A stretch of 62,935 bases of DNA, the filler included, from Octopus bimaculoides (Eukaryota), in the NCBI RefSeq assembly GCF_001194135.2. It is 6 parts of 5 records of this genome, joined end to end, with 100 filler letters (N's around TTAATTAATTAA, not from the genome) between each part and the next. Parts side by side here need not be neighbours in the genome. Positions count along the whole stretch, not along the records: positions 49,556 to 60,853 come from NC_068989.1; positions 60,954 to 62,935 come from NC_069005.1; 4 more parts are not named here. The stretch is one strand, 5' to 3'. The notes beneath the pieces are model-generated. The model saw only the letters and a list, made by a program, of their open reading frames with translations, had not been told where the DNA came from and did no database searches. A program made the translations under genes and the position numbers. Of the stretch, positions 50,290-62,935 are shown piece after piece; within the stretch, counting starts at the first letter, position 1, and every line of letters starts with the position of its first letter.

Positions 50290-50590
50290 ATGGGGGGTTA
50301 AAGGGTAAAGGCACCCACCGATCATGAAGGACCATGGGATTGCACCTTGAAAGTTACCCTTCGAAGCACAAGTCCATGCAAAGTTGTTTATGGAAGACCA
50401 GCGGTCACTCAAGCATACCAGTCTCCCCTCTCCATTCAACCGTTTTCCTAGCACCAGTGACGTCGCAGTTCATTTCTACAGCTGAGTGAAATGCAACAAC
50501 GTGAACAAAAACACACAAATCGGTGTGGGAATCGAACTCATAGCCTCATGGTTGTGAGCCCGATACTCTAACCACTAGGTCATGCCCCAT
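50290..50590 (-). mobile_element. tRNA-derived SINE of a different family
   Basis: Reverse complement head TAGTGGTTAGAGTATCGGGCTCACAACCATGAGGCTATGAGTTCGATTCCC, then CACTCAGCTGTAGAAATG. Confidence 0.6.
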
Positions 50591-51026
50591 TTGGAAGATA
50601 GATCTACCTAAATTTGGGTTGAAGAGGATGTCGGAATTGTAGTATTCACACGTTTGGTGAGGTAGCGCTCTGGAGGGACGCTGAACGCATTTTTCTCGTT
50701 TTGTAGGCTAAGTAATTCTTCCTTTTAGGCGATTTTGGTGTTGAGTCGAAAAGCTGCTTTGGGTATAATTAAGTGATGCATTGAATGTTGCAGTGTTTAG
50801 TTCATTCATATTCATAGTTTTACCTTCAAATGTAATGAAGTTGCAGGACTGTGTTAAGAATGTCGTTTTCATGTATGTGTGTTCATGTGTGTACGTGTGC
50901 ACGAGTATGTGTATATATACAAACATACTTATATATGTGTGTGTGTGTGTGTGTTCACATATGCATATATATACACATACATACACACATGCATATATGC
51001 ATATACTTATATATGTATTATGTAAT

Positions 51027-51088
<62 letters not shown>

Positions 51089-52048
51089 GTATGCATGTAT
51101 ACTTATATATACATATATGCATATAAATATACATATACGTATTACATACAAATATTATATTATATATGTATATACATACATGTGTGCGAATGAGCGCGCG
51201 CGCGTTTGAGTCACGTGAATCAACACATCGCAAAACATGACAATTTCATTGTTGTTCGGTTTAGTTAGAATTTATATATTTTTCCCATTTTATTTTTCCA
51301 TTCATTTATTTTTGCCTCGCTCTGACATCGACTAAGTAAAAAACAGTGTTCTATAAATGAATGTTTTGCTCCAAGCTTTGACAGAGATAATAGATTTGTC
51401 ATGTATTACTGTTATTTCTTTTAATTTTTCTTGAATTTTACCTCAACGACTGTCACTTGATAGTTAAATCTGTTGTTCAGTAGCTATAGAAAGAAAATAC
51501 ATTTACAGCGAAAACTATTAGGTAACCATTTTGTCTCCGTCAAGAACAATTTCTATAGCAGCGAAATAGCAGCGAAATCACACTTGAATGTAACTGCCCT
51601 TTTAAATGTCGAGGGAATTATTTAAAATTATGTAGTTCCTGATTCAGCCTATTTTTACAAAAACAAAGACAGGTTGGTCATAAATGGACTGACTTAGATA
51701 TAAATGGTTCTGCATCGAGATATAAATGCATGTGTTTTACGTAGTTCTCTGCTTTTGTTCAGGTAGCTGAAGCCTAGCCTTTTACCAACTTTCTTTTTCA
51801 AAGTTAGCGATGTTGTGCGAATTGTGATTAGTAAGGCTATCATGAATGAGAAATATATGAGTATATGAGCATGTCAAGGCCCGGCATTGAACAAAGAAAC
51901 TTTAAAATACCAGTCTGACTTTCTTCCTCTTTCTCTTTCTCTTTCTCTTTCTTTCTTTCTCTCTCTCTCACACACACATACGCACTCTCTCCACTTTAAC
52001 ACTCTCTTGAAGTTACCTGGTTCATAGCAAACAACCTCAATGTTAGTA

Positions 52049-52084
<36 letters not shown>

Positions 52085-53061
52085 NNNNNNNNNNNNNNNN
52101 NNNNNNNNNNNNNNNNNNNNNNNNNNNNNNNNNNNNNNNNNNNNNNNNNNNNNNNNNNNNNNNNNNNNNNNNNNNNNNNNNNNNNNNNNNNNNNNNNNNN
52201 NNNNNNNNNNNNNNNNNNNNNNNNNNNNNNNNNNNNNNNNNNNNNNNNNNNNNNNNNNNNNNNNNNNNNNNNNNNNNNNNNNNNNNNNNNNNNNNNNNNN
52301 NNNNNNNNNNNNNNNNNNNNNNNNNNNNNNNNNNNNNNNNNNNNNNNNNNNNNNNNNNNNNNNNNNNNNNNNNNNNNNNNNNNNNNNNNNNNNNNNNNNN
52401 NNNNNNNNNNNNNNNNNNNNNNNNNNNNNNNNNNNNNNNNNNNNNNNNNNNNNNNNNNNNNNNNNNNNNNNNNNNNNNNNNNNNNNNNNNNNNNNNNNNN
52501 NNNNNNNNNNNNNNNNNNNNNNNNNNNNNNNNNNNNNNNNNNNNNNNNNNNNNNNNNNNNNNNNNNNNNNNNNNNNNNNNNNNNNNNNNNNNNNNNNNNN
52601 NNNNNNNNNNNNNNNNNNNNNNNNNNNNNNNNNNNNNNNNNNNNNNNNNNNNNNNNNNNNNNNNNNNNNNNNNNNNNNNNNNNNNNNNNNNNNNNNNNNN
52701 NNNNNNNNNNNNNNNNNNNNNNNNNNNNNNNNNNNNNNNNNNNNNNNNNNNNNNNNNNNNNNNNNNNNNNNNNNNNNNNNNNNNNNNNNNNNNNNNNNNN
52801 NNNNNNNNNNNNNNNNNNNNNNNNNNNNNNNNNNNNNNNNNNNNNNNNNNNNNNNNNNNNNNNNNNNNNNNNNNNNNNNNNNNNNNNNNNNNNNNNNNNN
52901 NNNNNNNNNNNNNNNNNNNNNNNTATATATATATATATATATGTACCAAATTAAAAGGGTAGCTTATTGGCAATTAAACCCAAAGGCAAACTTCATAGGG
53001 GAGACAAAAGTACGAGTTCTCAGTTAGAGACAGTGTCGCACGTCTCTGTATATATAAATGA

Positions 53062-53101
<40 letters not shown>

Positions 53102-53664
53102 GCACATACATATATGTACACGCACCCACAACTCACAGTTTCTCTGTACCAAGTCATTCGCAATGCGTTACGTGATAACGAGCTTTATAGTTGGATACAG
53201 TATATATAAGCCCTGCACTATTGGAGCGAACTAGAAACCACAATTTACTTAATAAACATCTTCACCACAAAGCCTTACCTGCATCTTTGCATCTAATCTA
53301 TGTATTTTCGAATATAATAGAAGAGATTTTTGCAAACATCATTATATCGTGCATATCATTTTCTATATTCCTCGTCGATTTCGACACATGTGGCATGAGA
53401 CTCACAGTTTTAGAAAGAACTGATATCTATTATCAAAATCAAAAGTAACTTTAGTTAATTGAGTTAGTTAAAGGTAAACAGCGAACACAGAAATATGACG
53501 CAAATTTCTGATTTGAATTGAGGAGTTTATAGTGTAATACTTTGACCACATCTCGGCCTTTTGATCTTTTCTATAACAGAGCACTACTATTTAATATAGA
53601 TTAAAAAATATAAGCAAAGCCCGAGGAATTGGTGATGATCTGATTATATAGTGAGGTTCGTAAC

Positions 53665-53764
53665 TTTTGATAAGTTTATATGCCGTAGGAAAAACGTGAT
53701 AATGACGTTTCGAGTCTGACCTTTGTCTGACCTTCTGTCTGAGAGAAAAATAATCAATTGAAAT

Positions 53765-53818
<54 letters not shown>

Positions 53819-54000
53819 ACATTCTCTCTCTCACTCTCACTCTCTCACTCTCACTCTCTCACTCTCACTCTTTCCCCTCTCTCTCTCCTCTCTCCCTCTC
53901 TCTCACTCTCACTATTTCCCCTCTCTCTCTCTCCCTCCCAGATAAATGGTCAGTTAGTTAATCACGAAACGTCAGACCCACCTTTCTTCCCACGGTATTC
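53665..54000. repeat. Back-to-back pair of related CGAAACGTCA-containing repeats around a (CT)n tract
   Basis: Minus 53745-53665 CTCAGACAGAAGGTCAG..CGAAACGTCA..TTTCCTACGGCAT versus plus 53935-54000 CCCAGATAAATGGTCAG..CGAAACGTCA..CTTCCCACGGTAT. Confidence 0.5.
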
Positions 54001-54509
54001 GAGCCGGTTCGAGAAAAAGTTTTCTTTACAAAACAAGCCTGTCTACGTTATCATTCCAGCTGCTAGAAATACCAGCCAAGTTTTTGTCCTTACTATATTT
54101 GACAGTCTTGAAAATTGTTCCTGTCGATGGAAAGGTCGGTTGTTCGTTCGTATCCTGGTAGTGATACTACTCTAATCGAGAGTAGCAGACTTCCAAAAGT
54201 CCAGCCTTTATTCACAGCTACAAATATGTAACAATAGTCTTGATCAGAAGCAAACTGAAGGCTTCTCTATTATCCTGAAACGTTTCACCTAAATAAATCA
54301 AATTGCTTTATGAAGAACGCTAAATGAATTCACTTTAACAATTAACTTTCCTTACCATTATAGTCTAACATCATGAAGACGAAAATGTAGATGTCAGTGG
54401 AGTAACTTATGTTGCAATTTGCTACGATATATTTAATATACAGTATAATTATATAATTTGTTTAAAATACAATTGTATTATATAATTATATCTATCTTTT
54501 ATCCTTAAC

Positions 54510-54855
54510 GTCTTTCTGTTACTAAGTTGCAGCCATGCTGGAACACTGTCTTGGGTGGGTGGGGGAGCTTCGTCTGACCAATCGACCCAAATACTATTTT
54601 TAATAATGGTACTTATTTTATCGGCCACTTGGAGAACTAACACAAAGACGGATATTTACAGGCGTGCGCGCACACACACACACGCACATATATATACGAC
54701 GAACTGCTTTCCTTTCAATTTCCGTGTACCAAATCCACTTAAAAGTCGTTGGTCGGGCCGAGAAGGAAGTAGAAAACACACGGTCAAGCTACCACGCAGT
54801 GGTATTTAACCAGAAATCATGTAGTAACAAACTGATTTTCTTAACTATCCCACCT
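54510..54855 (-). mobile_element. Main-family SINE, old diverged copy
   Basis: GCAGCCATGCTGGAACAC, GGTACTTATTTTATCGG and TTTCCGTGTACCAAATCCACT landmarks. Confidence 0.65.
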
Positions 54856-55619
54856 CATTTTCGAAAAGTACAATTATTTTTAATAGGTTTGGTGAGATAT
54901 GCGTTGTATTTAAATGCTTATCTAACATTATTCAGCAGATGCTGGAGAAAACCTCGTCCCTTTAAACGATATGTGTTCATATGAGAGACAATTCACCTAT
55001 ATAAGGGGATGTCGTGACACCACAATATTTTGACCTTGTTATGTGTCTCCTTAATCGAAGATACTCCTCCTAGCCGATTAATCCCAGTAAAGTACGAGGT
55101 TGTGTTTATAGGAATCAGCAAACAATTTATTTATTGATACGCGCTGTTGTCCGTCATACTATAATAATTTAGGAGGTGCATGCAAAACAATTAGAATCCA
55201 AATAGTAACGTATATATTCGTACTCAATATGTTCTGGCAAATTTGAACAAAAATACTTTATCGCTGTTGATTTTGGTCAACGAAGAACATCTCCTCCGTT
55301 TAGACAATGTGTGCTCATATGACACGTGATTCACCAATGTCAGGGGACTTCAAGAGACTGCAGTGGTTTGACCTTTTCTATGCAGCGTAATATTGACTGT
55401 AGTACATAAGGTATTATTATAGCTATATTCTCATCTATTTATTTCTCCTAGCTATAGCCATATATTTTTGCATTATAATTTCCTTTTACGACAGTTCGGA
55501 ATTAGGAGGAATTTTCAGTCCTGTTCATTTCAGCTTCTAACACCGACGAATGTGGTAGACAGCCTCAATTTCAATACAGAAAAGTAGAGATATCATATAA
55601 CAATATTGTATCATATTAT

Positions 55620-56395
55620 AGTTGTAGGCATAGCTATATGTTTAAAAAAAAGCGCTTCGCAAGTAGGTCGCACCTGAGACAAGTCACTTCTACTAAAGTC
55701 CGGCGCCGACAAATGCCTTGTGAGTGAGATTTCTTCACGGAAACTATGTGAAATCCCGTCGTTTATATATATATATATATATATATATNNNNNNNNNNNN
55801 NNNNNNNNNNNNNNNNNNNNNNNNNNNNNNNNNNNNNNNNNNNNNNNNNNNNNNNNNNNNNNNNNNNNNNNNNNNNNNNNNNNNNNNNNNNNNNNNNNNN
55901 NNNNNNNNNNNNNNNNNNNNNNNNNNNNNNNNNNNNNNNNNNNNNNNNNNNNNNNNNNNNNNNNNNNNNNNNNNNNNNNNNNNNNNNNNNNNNNNNNNNN
56001 NNNNNNNNNNNNNNNNNNNNNNNNNNNNNNNNNNNNNNNNNNNNNNNNNNNNNNNNNNNNNNNNNNNNNNNNNNNNNNNNNNNNNNNNNNNNNNNNNNNN
56101 NNNNNNNNNNNNNNNNNNNNNNNNNNNNNNNNNNNNNNNNNNNNNNNNNNNNNNNNNNNNNNNNNNNNNNNNNNNNNNNNNNNNNNNNNNNNNNNNNNNN
56201 NNNNNNNNNNNNNNNNNNNNNNNNNNNNNNNNNNNNNNNNNNNNNNNNNNNNNNNNNNNNNNNNNNNNNNNNNNNNNNNNNNNNNNNNNNNNNNNNNNNN
56301 NNNNNNNNNNNNNNNNNNNNNNNNNNNNNNNNNNNGAATCGAACTCACAACCTCACGATCGTAAGCTCAACACTCTAACGACTGAACCATACGCC

Positions 56396-56448
<53 letters not shown>

Positions 56449-56700
56449 GCACGTGTGTGTATGTATGTATTTATATGTATATGTGCATGTTTGTGTCTGT
56501 GTTTGTCCCCCCACCACCAATCGAAAACCGGTGTTGTCGTATTTACGTCCCCGTAACTTAGCGTCCAAATAAAAGACACCGATAGAATAAGTATCAGGCT
56601 TTAAAAGAAAGCAAGTACTTGGCTCGATTAGTTTGACTAATATTTCTCTATAAGTGCCCCAGCATGAATGTAGTTTAATGACTGCAAAGAATAAAAGATT
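55620..56700 (+). mobile_element. SINE halves (55620-55765, 56490-56700) flanking a gap, plus an opposite-strand tRNA-like head fragment (56336-56398)
   Basis: GCCTTGTGAGTG..CGGAAACT; CCCCGTAACTTAGCG..GATAGAATAAGTA; GAATCGAACTCACAACC. Confidence 0.6.
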
Positions 56701-59636
56701 CAGAGATTAATAAACATCAGATAAAAAATATATTTTAACATACTATATCATCCCAAGAATTACTGAAAATCTAATAATCATATCCAAGCCTCGCGATAAT
56801 GGCGATTTCCTGAGCCAGTTGGTAAAAACATCATTGAAGACTCGATTTGTATGTAGCTTATTATGAACAATAAAAAGTAAGCTTGATGAAAGCCATTCAT
56901 CTTAAAGCTATGCATTTGGGAGAATTTCGACTCAGCACCAGTTAACACAGTATTTTTCAGGATCACCACTTAATAGTGACTGTTTGTATCAAGCATGTGC
57001 ACCTAATTTTTAAAAATTATCTATCATATCGTATTTAAATATTTTGGTTGCGGACACAATTCACTGCTACTGATACGAATCGAACCAGCTACCTCTCAGG
57101 TTGTGTCCATACATTATCCACTGGTCAACCTGCACTCGTTGAATGCAACGATTTCTGTTATAACATGTTGAACAAAGGGATGCACACACACACACACACA
57201 CACACATACATACACATACACATATACACACAGCTCCGGTTTGTGACGAAATATATCTTATTAAAACTGTTCATACAAACTTTATTGCATCTGTGTGTCT
57301 GAGCAGTTGAAGATAGTAGGGTTTCGATAGCTATTGTCTGCTTGAGTAAGATATGACATTTCAGGGTTCGGAGAAATCCTATTAAATATCATCCTTGAAT
57401 AATATTCTATGAAGTTCTCAGAATGTTTTACAATTTATTTTGATTATATATGAGGACTTTACGATACTATACAACAATCCAAATTGTGAACTTAGAGCTG
57501 CTATGAGATTAATGCGTTGTTTTAGAATTGTTATATTAAGAATTGTTATCTTAACTGGGCGGTGTTAGGCGTTGGGGAAAGTTCAAGAAAATATATCAAG
57601 TGAGTTAGTAAAGTTATTCAAAATCAGGCAAGTGTAGTGAGAGATCCCAATCTGAACGTTTATTATTTTTTAACCTGCACGGGTTCATTAATTCGGAAAT
57701 CTGAAATACAAAAATGCAGTAGCATTTTCATTTTATTCTTAGAGTAGAAGAGATGCGTTATTTTGCCATTTTGTAATTTTTTCGTCTTGTTTTACTTTTT
57801 GGTTTGTTTGTTAGAGTTTTTAAGCAATAAATTAGAGTTCCGTGTTGTAATCACAAAAGAAGACAGCATGTGCAGAAGTGTTGTATATTGATGAATAGAA
57901 GCCATAAAAACTTTTTTGACTGCAGGGCAGAAAAGCGTGTCGCTTATGTCGGTTATAATCCAAAAGAATGTCACGTTACGATTAAAGATATTTTAAGATA
58001 ATTTATTTCTGATTTTGTTGAGAGTTCTTCAATCCGCGAGGGCAGCAACCGATGAAAATTAATTAAAGTAATATTTACGACAAAATTGAGCTGAGTGCAT
58101 TGATTCGATAGAAAATAGAATATTATTAAAACTTTCATTTCCATGTGAGATGTAAATTTAGCGTAAGATCACCAAGAATTAGAGCCACAAATACAAAATA
58201 AAATATAATCCGAAACATATCATGCTTATAAGATAACAAAAAATATGTTACTCAAAAAACGAAATAAGGTAATAACTACAGGTTTTCAAGTCTACTTGCT
58301 TGATAAACCACTAGTTATATTAGTGTTCATCTTTATCTCTTCATTGCTTGAATAATTTTCTTCTAGAATGTTCTTCCAGATCCAAGAATATCTGATACAG
58401 TCTCAGGTGGTTGTAAAAATATATAACGATCCTATTTTGTTCCAATTTTTTACGTATTCAATTTTACATTCCTAATGAATCATTTTACGTGACATGAGAA
58501 AAATAAGAATAGATATTTCAAACTAACGAATAAAACAATGAATTTTTTTAATAAAAGTATTTTTTTTCAATAGAAAGAACTATTTATATACAATGTTAGT
58601 AAAATGAAATGAAAAAAAAATAATAAAAATATCTATTTCTTTGTTGAAGGAAGAAAATTTAATGAGATTTCGGAGAAAATAACTCAAGAAATAAAGAAAA
58701 ATAATGGAATTTTCAAAACTATATTAAACATATGCTTACTTCTCCTTTGTTATATTTAGTCAGGGGGTCGTCGGTGGAGTAAACGGTACCGAAAGATCGC
58801 TGTATAAAAATCGTTAGGAATTTATATACAGCTCAGTTCAAACTTAATGCAATCGATTTTACCTTTCATCAATTTAAGTATATACTACACTATTAGTGGG
58901 TATTGAAGTTGATTGGATCGAAAACACGTCGCCCACCAAAATGTTTAGCTTTGAGTCAATGTTAAAAATCATTATTCTACACAAGTAAAGGGATAAAACG
59001 ACAGAATGGAAGCGGAAGCCAGATGAAAAATCCTACAATATTTAGGTCTTAGTTTTGAATTTAAAATGCAACAATTGCTGGTGTCGTATTGATGGGATAG
59101 ATGTAATAAGTAACAGTAATACACCCCGGGAGAAATCATTATATTCATAATAGCATCGAATTGAAGGTTTGGCAGAGCACGGTAAAATATGTCGCTATAA
59201 ATTATTACATTGTTTTATGCTCTGCGTTCAAATTCAGTCAAGGAGAGCTTACAATTTTATCTTCCTGCATTGAAAGGCATCAGAAGTCAAGAAATAGGTG
59301 GATTGTTATCTCTTCCAAATAGGTTTGCTTTCTACAGAAGGCAGGAATAGTTATCATTGCAAAAACAATAGTGAATTCATATAGGTCGATCGACTGATAA
59401 TATCCAAGTGATGAGTAGAGGAAAATCTGCATGGATAGTCAAAATCTACAAATATATTACAAGCAAAAGATACATCTAACGTAAAATTAGTTGATCGGTA
59501 TTTGTTAATATTGTCAGCAGCGAAGATTGGAAGGGACCAGGTCATGATATATATATCATGATTAATTAAAGATGATTAATTTGCTATTAATAATAAAAAA
59601 TTATTAACTTCCCAATCTCCATTTTCTTTTTCTTTG

Positions 59637-59699
<63 letters not shown>

Positions 59700-59701
59700 G
59701 G

Positions 59702-59757
<56 letters not shown>

Positions 59758-59849
59758 TACGTATGCATTTTCAACCTCTCTCCTTATATAAGGACACAGA
59801 TAGACAGACACATTTATATACATGAATGTATGTATGTATTTAGGTGCAT

Positions 59850-60030
59850 TATCACGGAATAGTTCAGAAATTTGCTTCGGAGTCGTGAGCTCCTGCATTT
59901 GATTTGGATGCGTGGCATCTTGAGCAAGTGTCATTTTCCACATTTCTATGGACTCCGATCTCACCATACATTACAAGTGAAACTGGACAGACGGAAGCAA
60001 TTATGGAATCGTGTGAAGAACATTTTACTT
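59850..60030 (+). mobile_element. Diverged SINE 5' half
   Basis: GCGTGGCATCTTGAGCAAGTGTC..GACAGACGGAAGC. Confidence 0.5.
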
Positions 60031-60953
60031 GTAATTTAAAGGTCCAGCCCTGTCGCACAAACAACTTCTATTACACAACATGCAAACCATTAAATCTCAC
60101 ACGCACACACCCTCGAAACAATTTGGTTCACTAATCAAAACAATCCTAAACAACATCACAACAAGCATCCAAATAGCATTCCGAATGCACTCTTGTTCAA
60201 CAACATTACACGTTTCATTACATAGCTTACCAACATCATAGACACAATGTAAGTTTTTAGTGTTCTATCCATCAGAATCTAAAGCTTTATATTAGTCAGG
60301 CCACACTTCAAAGGTAACGTTACCGGCCACCATCGTTTCCGATAGCCTAAAGGCCCCAAACCGGGTCATAGAAAATACTTTCCCTCTGGACTAATATATA
60401 TATATATATATCAATATTAATGTTAATATTCAGAAGAAGTAAGAGTGTAACTCAAGTTACATAAACTTTATTCGCTATTTGTGTTATTGTAACCATCACA
60501 CAACTAGTATAATCCAAATTTTATACATTTAATATTCATATATAGTTTAATATACATAGAGCGTTCCATTTTTATATATATCTTATCGAATTTGTTAATA
60601 CTTCTTCACTAAAATTTTAAATACCTTTGTATTGATGAGCGTCTCAAGTGTTTCTTATATTCATATATAAATCGGTGTATTTAATGTATTTACATGCTTC
60701 TAATTTTCATAATCATACATATATTTGTATGGTTTCGCATTTGCGGTTTGTCTCTGTACTATTGCGGACTTACGTGTATAGGCGCGCGAGCATGAATATG
60801 TACGTGTGTATGTATGTATACGTATGTGTGTTTTTATATATATATATATATATNNNNNNNNNNNNNNNNNNNNNNNNNNNNNNNNNNNNNNNNNNNNTTA
60901 ATTAATTAANNNNNNNNNNNNNNNNNNNNNNNNNNNNNNNNNNNNNNNNNNNN

Positions 60954-60997
<44 letters not shown>

Positions 60998-61181
60998 AAT
61001 ATATATGAATGCATGTATGTATGTATATGTATGTATGCATATAAATGCATGTAGTTAGATAGAGAGATAGAGAAATAGACAGAGCGGTAGACAGACCGAC
61101 AGACAGATAGACAGAAAAAAGAGACATATACAGATGCACATAGACACACAAATAGATATAGACACAAATACACAGACAGAT

Positions 61182-61218
<37 letters not shown>

Positions 61219-61286
61219 GGCAAGCAGACAGAGAGACAGACAACAAATAGAGAGAGAGGGAGAAATACAGAAATAGATAGATAGAC

Positions 61287-61349
<63 letters not shown>

Positions 61350-61901
61350 AAGGTAGGCAGATAGATGAATATACTATGTATATAGTGAGAGAAAGAAAGG
61401 AGGGAAACAAAGAGAGACTCCTAATGAAAAATAATAAAGAATTATTAGAAACAAGAAAATAGAAGACACGGCAAACAAACCACCATACAAATGACATATT
61501 TAGAAATATAGAAAAAATAAACTAAGCTAAAAATATTAAGTATGAAAAAGTGAGCAAAAATATTCTATTCTTTTTGCTGTTCTCTGAGAAGAAAGTGAAG
61601 AATACGATGAGAAAAAGAAAAAATGAAAAGACAAACATCGAGAAGAAAAATTTCGAAAACAAAAGGCAAATAAAAATGAGTAAAATTGAAAACTATATAG
61701 AAAGAGCAAGAATATGTATATATAATATATATATATAGGTGTATATATATATATATATATATATATNNNNNNNNNNNNNNNNNNNNNNNNNNNNNNNNNN
61801 NNNNNNNNNNNNNNNNNNNNNNNNNNNNNNNNNNNNNNNNNNNNNNNNNNNNNNNNNNNNNNNNNNNNNNNNNNNNNNNNNNNNNNNNNNNNNNNNNNNN
61901 N

Positions 61902-61962
<61 letters not shown>

Positions 61963-62390
61963 TAATAACAATAATAATAATAATAACAATAATAATAATA
62001 ATACCAATAATAATAATAATGGCGATGATGATGATGATAAAGAAGTAGAAAAGAAGGAGAAGGAGTAAAAGAAGTAGGACGAGGAAGATGAGGAGGAAGG
62101 GTCAATGAAGGAATAGAAGAAGAAGAAGAAGAAGAAGAAGAAGAAGAAGAAGAAGAAGAAGAAGAAGAAGAAGAAGAAGAAGAAGAAGAAGAAAAAGAAG
62201 AAGAAGAACAGGAACAACAACAACAGGAACAACAACAACAGNNNNNNNNNNAAGAAGAAGAAGAAGAAGAAGAAGAAGAAGAAAAAGAAGAAGAAGAACA
62301 GGAACAACAACAACAGGAACAACAACAACAGCAACAACAACAACAACAGCAACAACAACAACAGCAACAACAACAGCAACAACTCTCACC
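61902..62390. repeat. Compound trinucleotide arrays (AAT)n, (GAA)n, (CAA/CAG)n
   Basis: Visible directly. Confidence 0.95.
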
Positions 62391-62721
62391 CACTCATACG
62401 AGAAGGAGCGAGATCAGCTGCAAGAACAAGATGAGCAATAAGAAGGGGGAAGCGGAGAGTGGAGGTGACGACGACGATGAAGGGGAGTAGAACGTGAAGG
62501 AGGGGGAAGAGGAGACTGATAGCAACTTGAGGAAAGACAGCCATAACAACAGGATGAACATGGATGTTATATTGCGTGGCTATCATATTTGGTTAATGGG
62601 GACTTAATTTGGAAAAGATAAAGGCCATGGCATAGGGACACTGCAATAGAAGCGGCAAGTAAAGCAGGGCTGTGCAGAAGGGTACAGTGTCGTAGGGGAG
62701 GTGGTGGTGGTGGTAGTGGTG

Positions 62722-62757
<36 letters not shown>

Positions 62758-62868
62758 GCATATATACGTGCATATACATATGCATACATTTATATTATCT
62801 ACACATTTATATGCTTTCAGATATGTATGTCTATATAAATATATACACACATACATACATGCATACAT

Positions 62869-62899
<31 letters not shown>

Positions 62900-62902
62900 C
62901 AC

Positions 62903-62935
<33 letters not shown>

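Noticed and set aside
62162-62331. Exact 80-bp direct repeat either side of a 10-N gap, and the poly-Q/E/K ORFs
   Set aside because: Typical unmerged contig overlap in a trinucleotide tract; not evidence of a duplication or a protein

Overview
Eukaryotic, repeat-saturated draft-assembly DNA with no operons, rRNA, true tRNA or CRISPR. The microsatellite density and repeat families look like a coleoid cephalopod, probably octopus (inference, not database-checked). About a fifth of the window is N. Five 100-bp gaps (44 N + TTAATTAATTAA + 44 N) are artificial joins, so linkage across them is unproven. Most supplied ORFs are microsatellite or N read-through artefacts. Recognisable content is mostly decayed mobile DNA: many tRNA-derived SINE copies (one main family plus a Nin/Deu-domain family), two CR1/L2-type LINE 3' ends, RTE remnants, a near-full-length CRE-clade RLE retrotransposon (27.0-29.7 kb), Penelope-like (PLE) fragments, four Tc1/mariner remnants (two DD37D maT-like, two mariner), Helitron-like fragments and small hairpin elements. 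A possible host gene survives as short plus-strand exons at about 22-26 kb. Most interesting: (1) a tRNA-headed short element carrying a minimal hammerhead-ribozyme fold, with a second such fold nearby; (2) a covarying 3' stem-loop shared by the main SINE and the CR1/L2 LINE; (3) back-to-back PLE-like tails; (4) a ~450-bp inverted repeat enclosing the CRE element and an unexplained decayed ORF. All calls are by eye; element boundaries are approximate.
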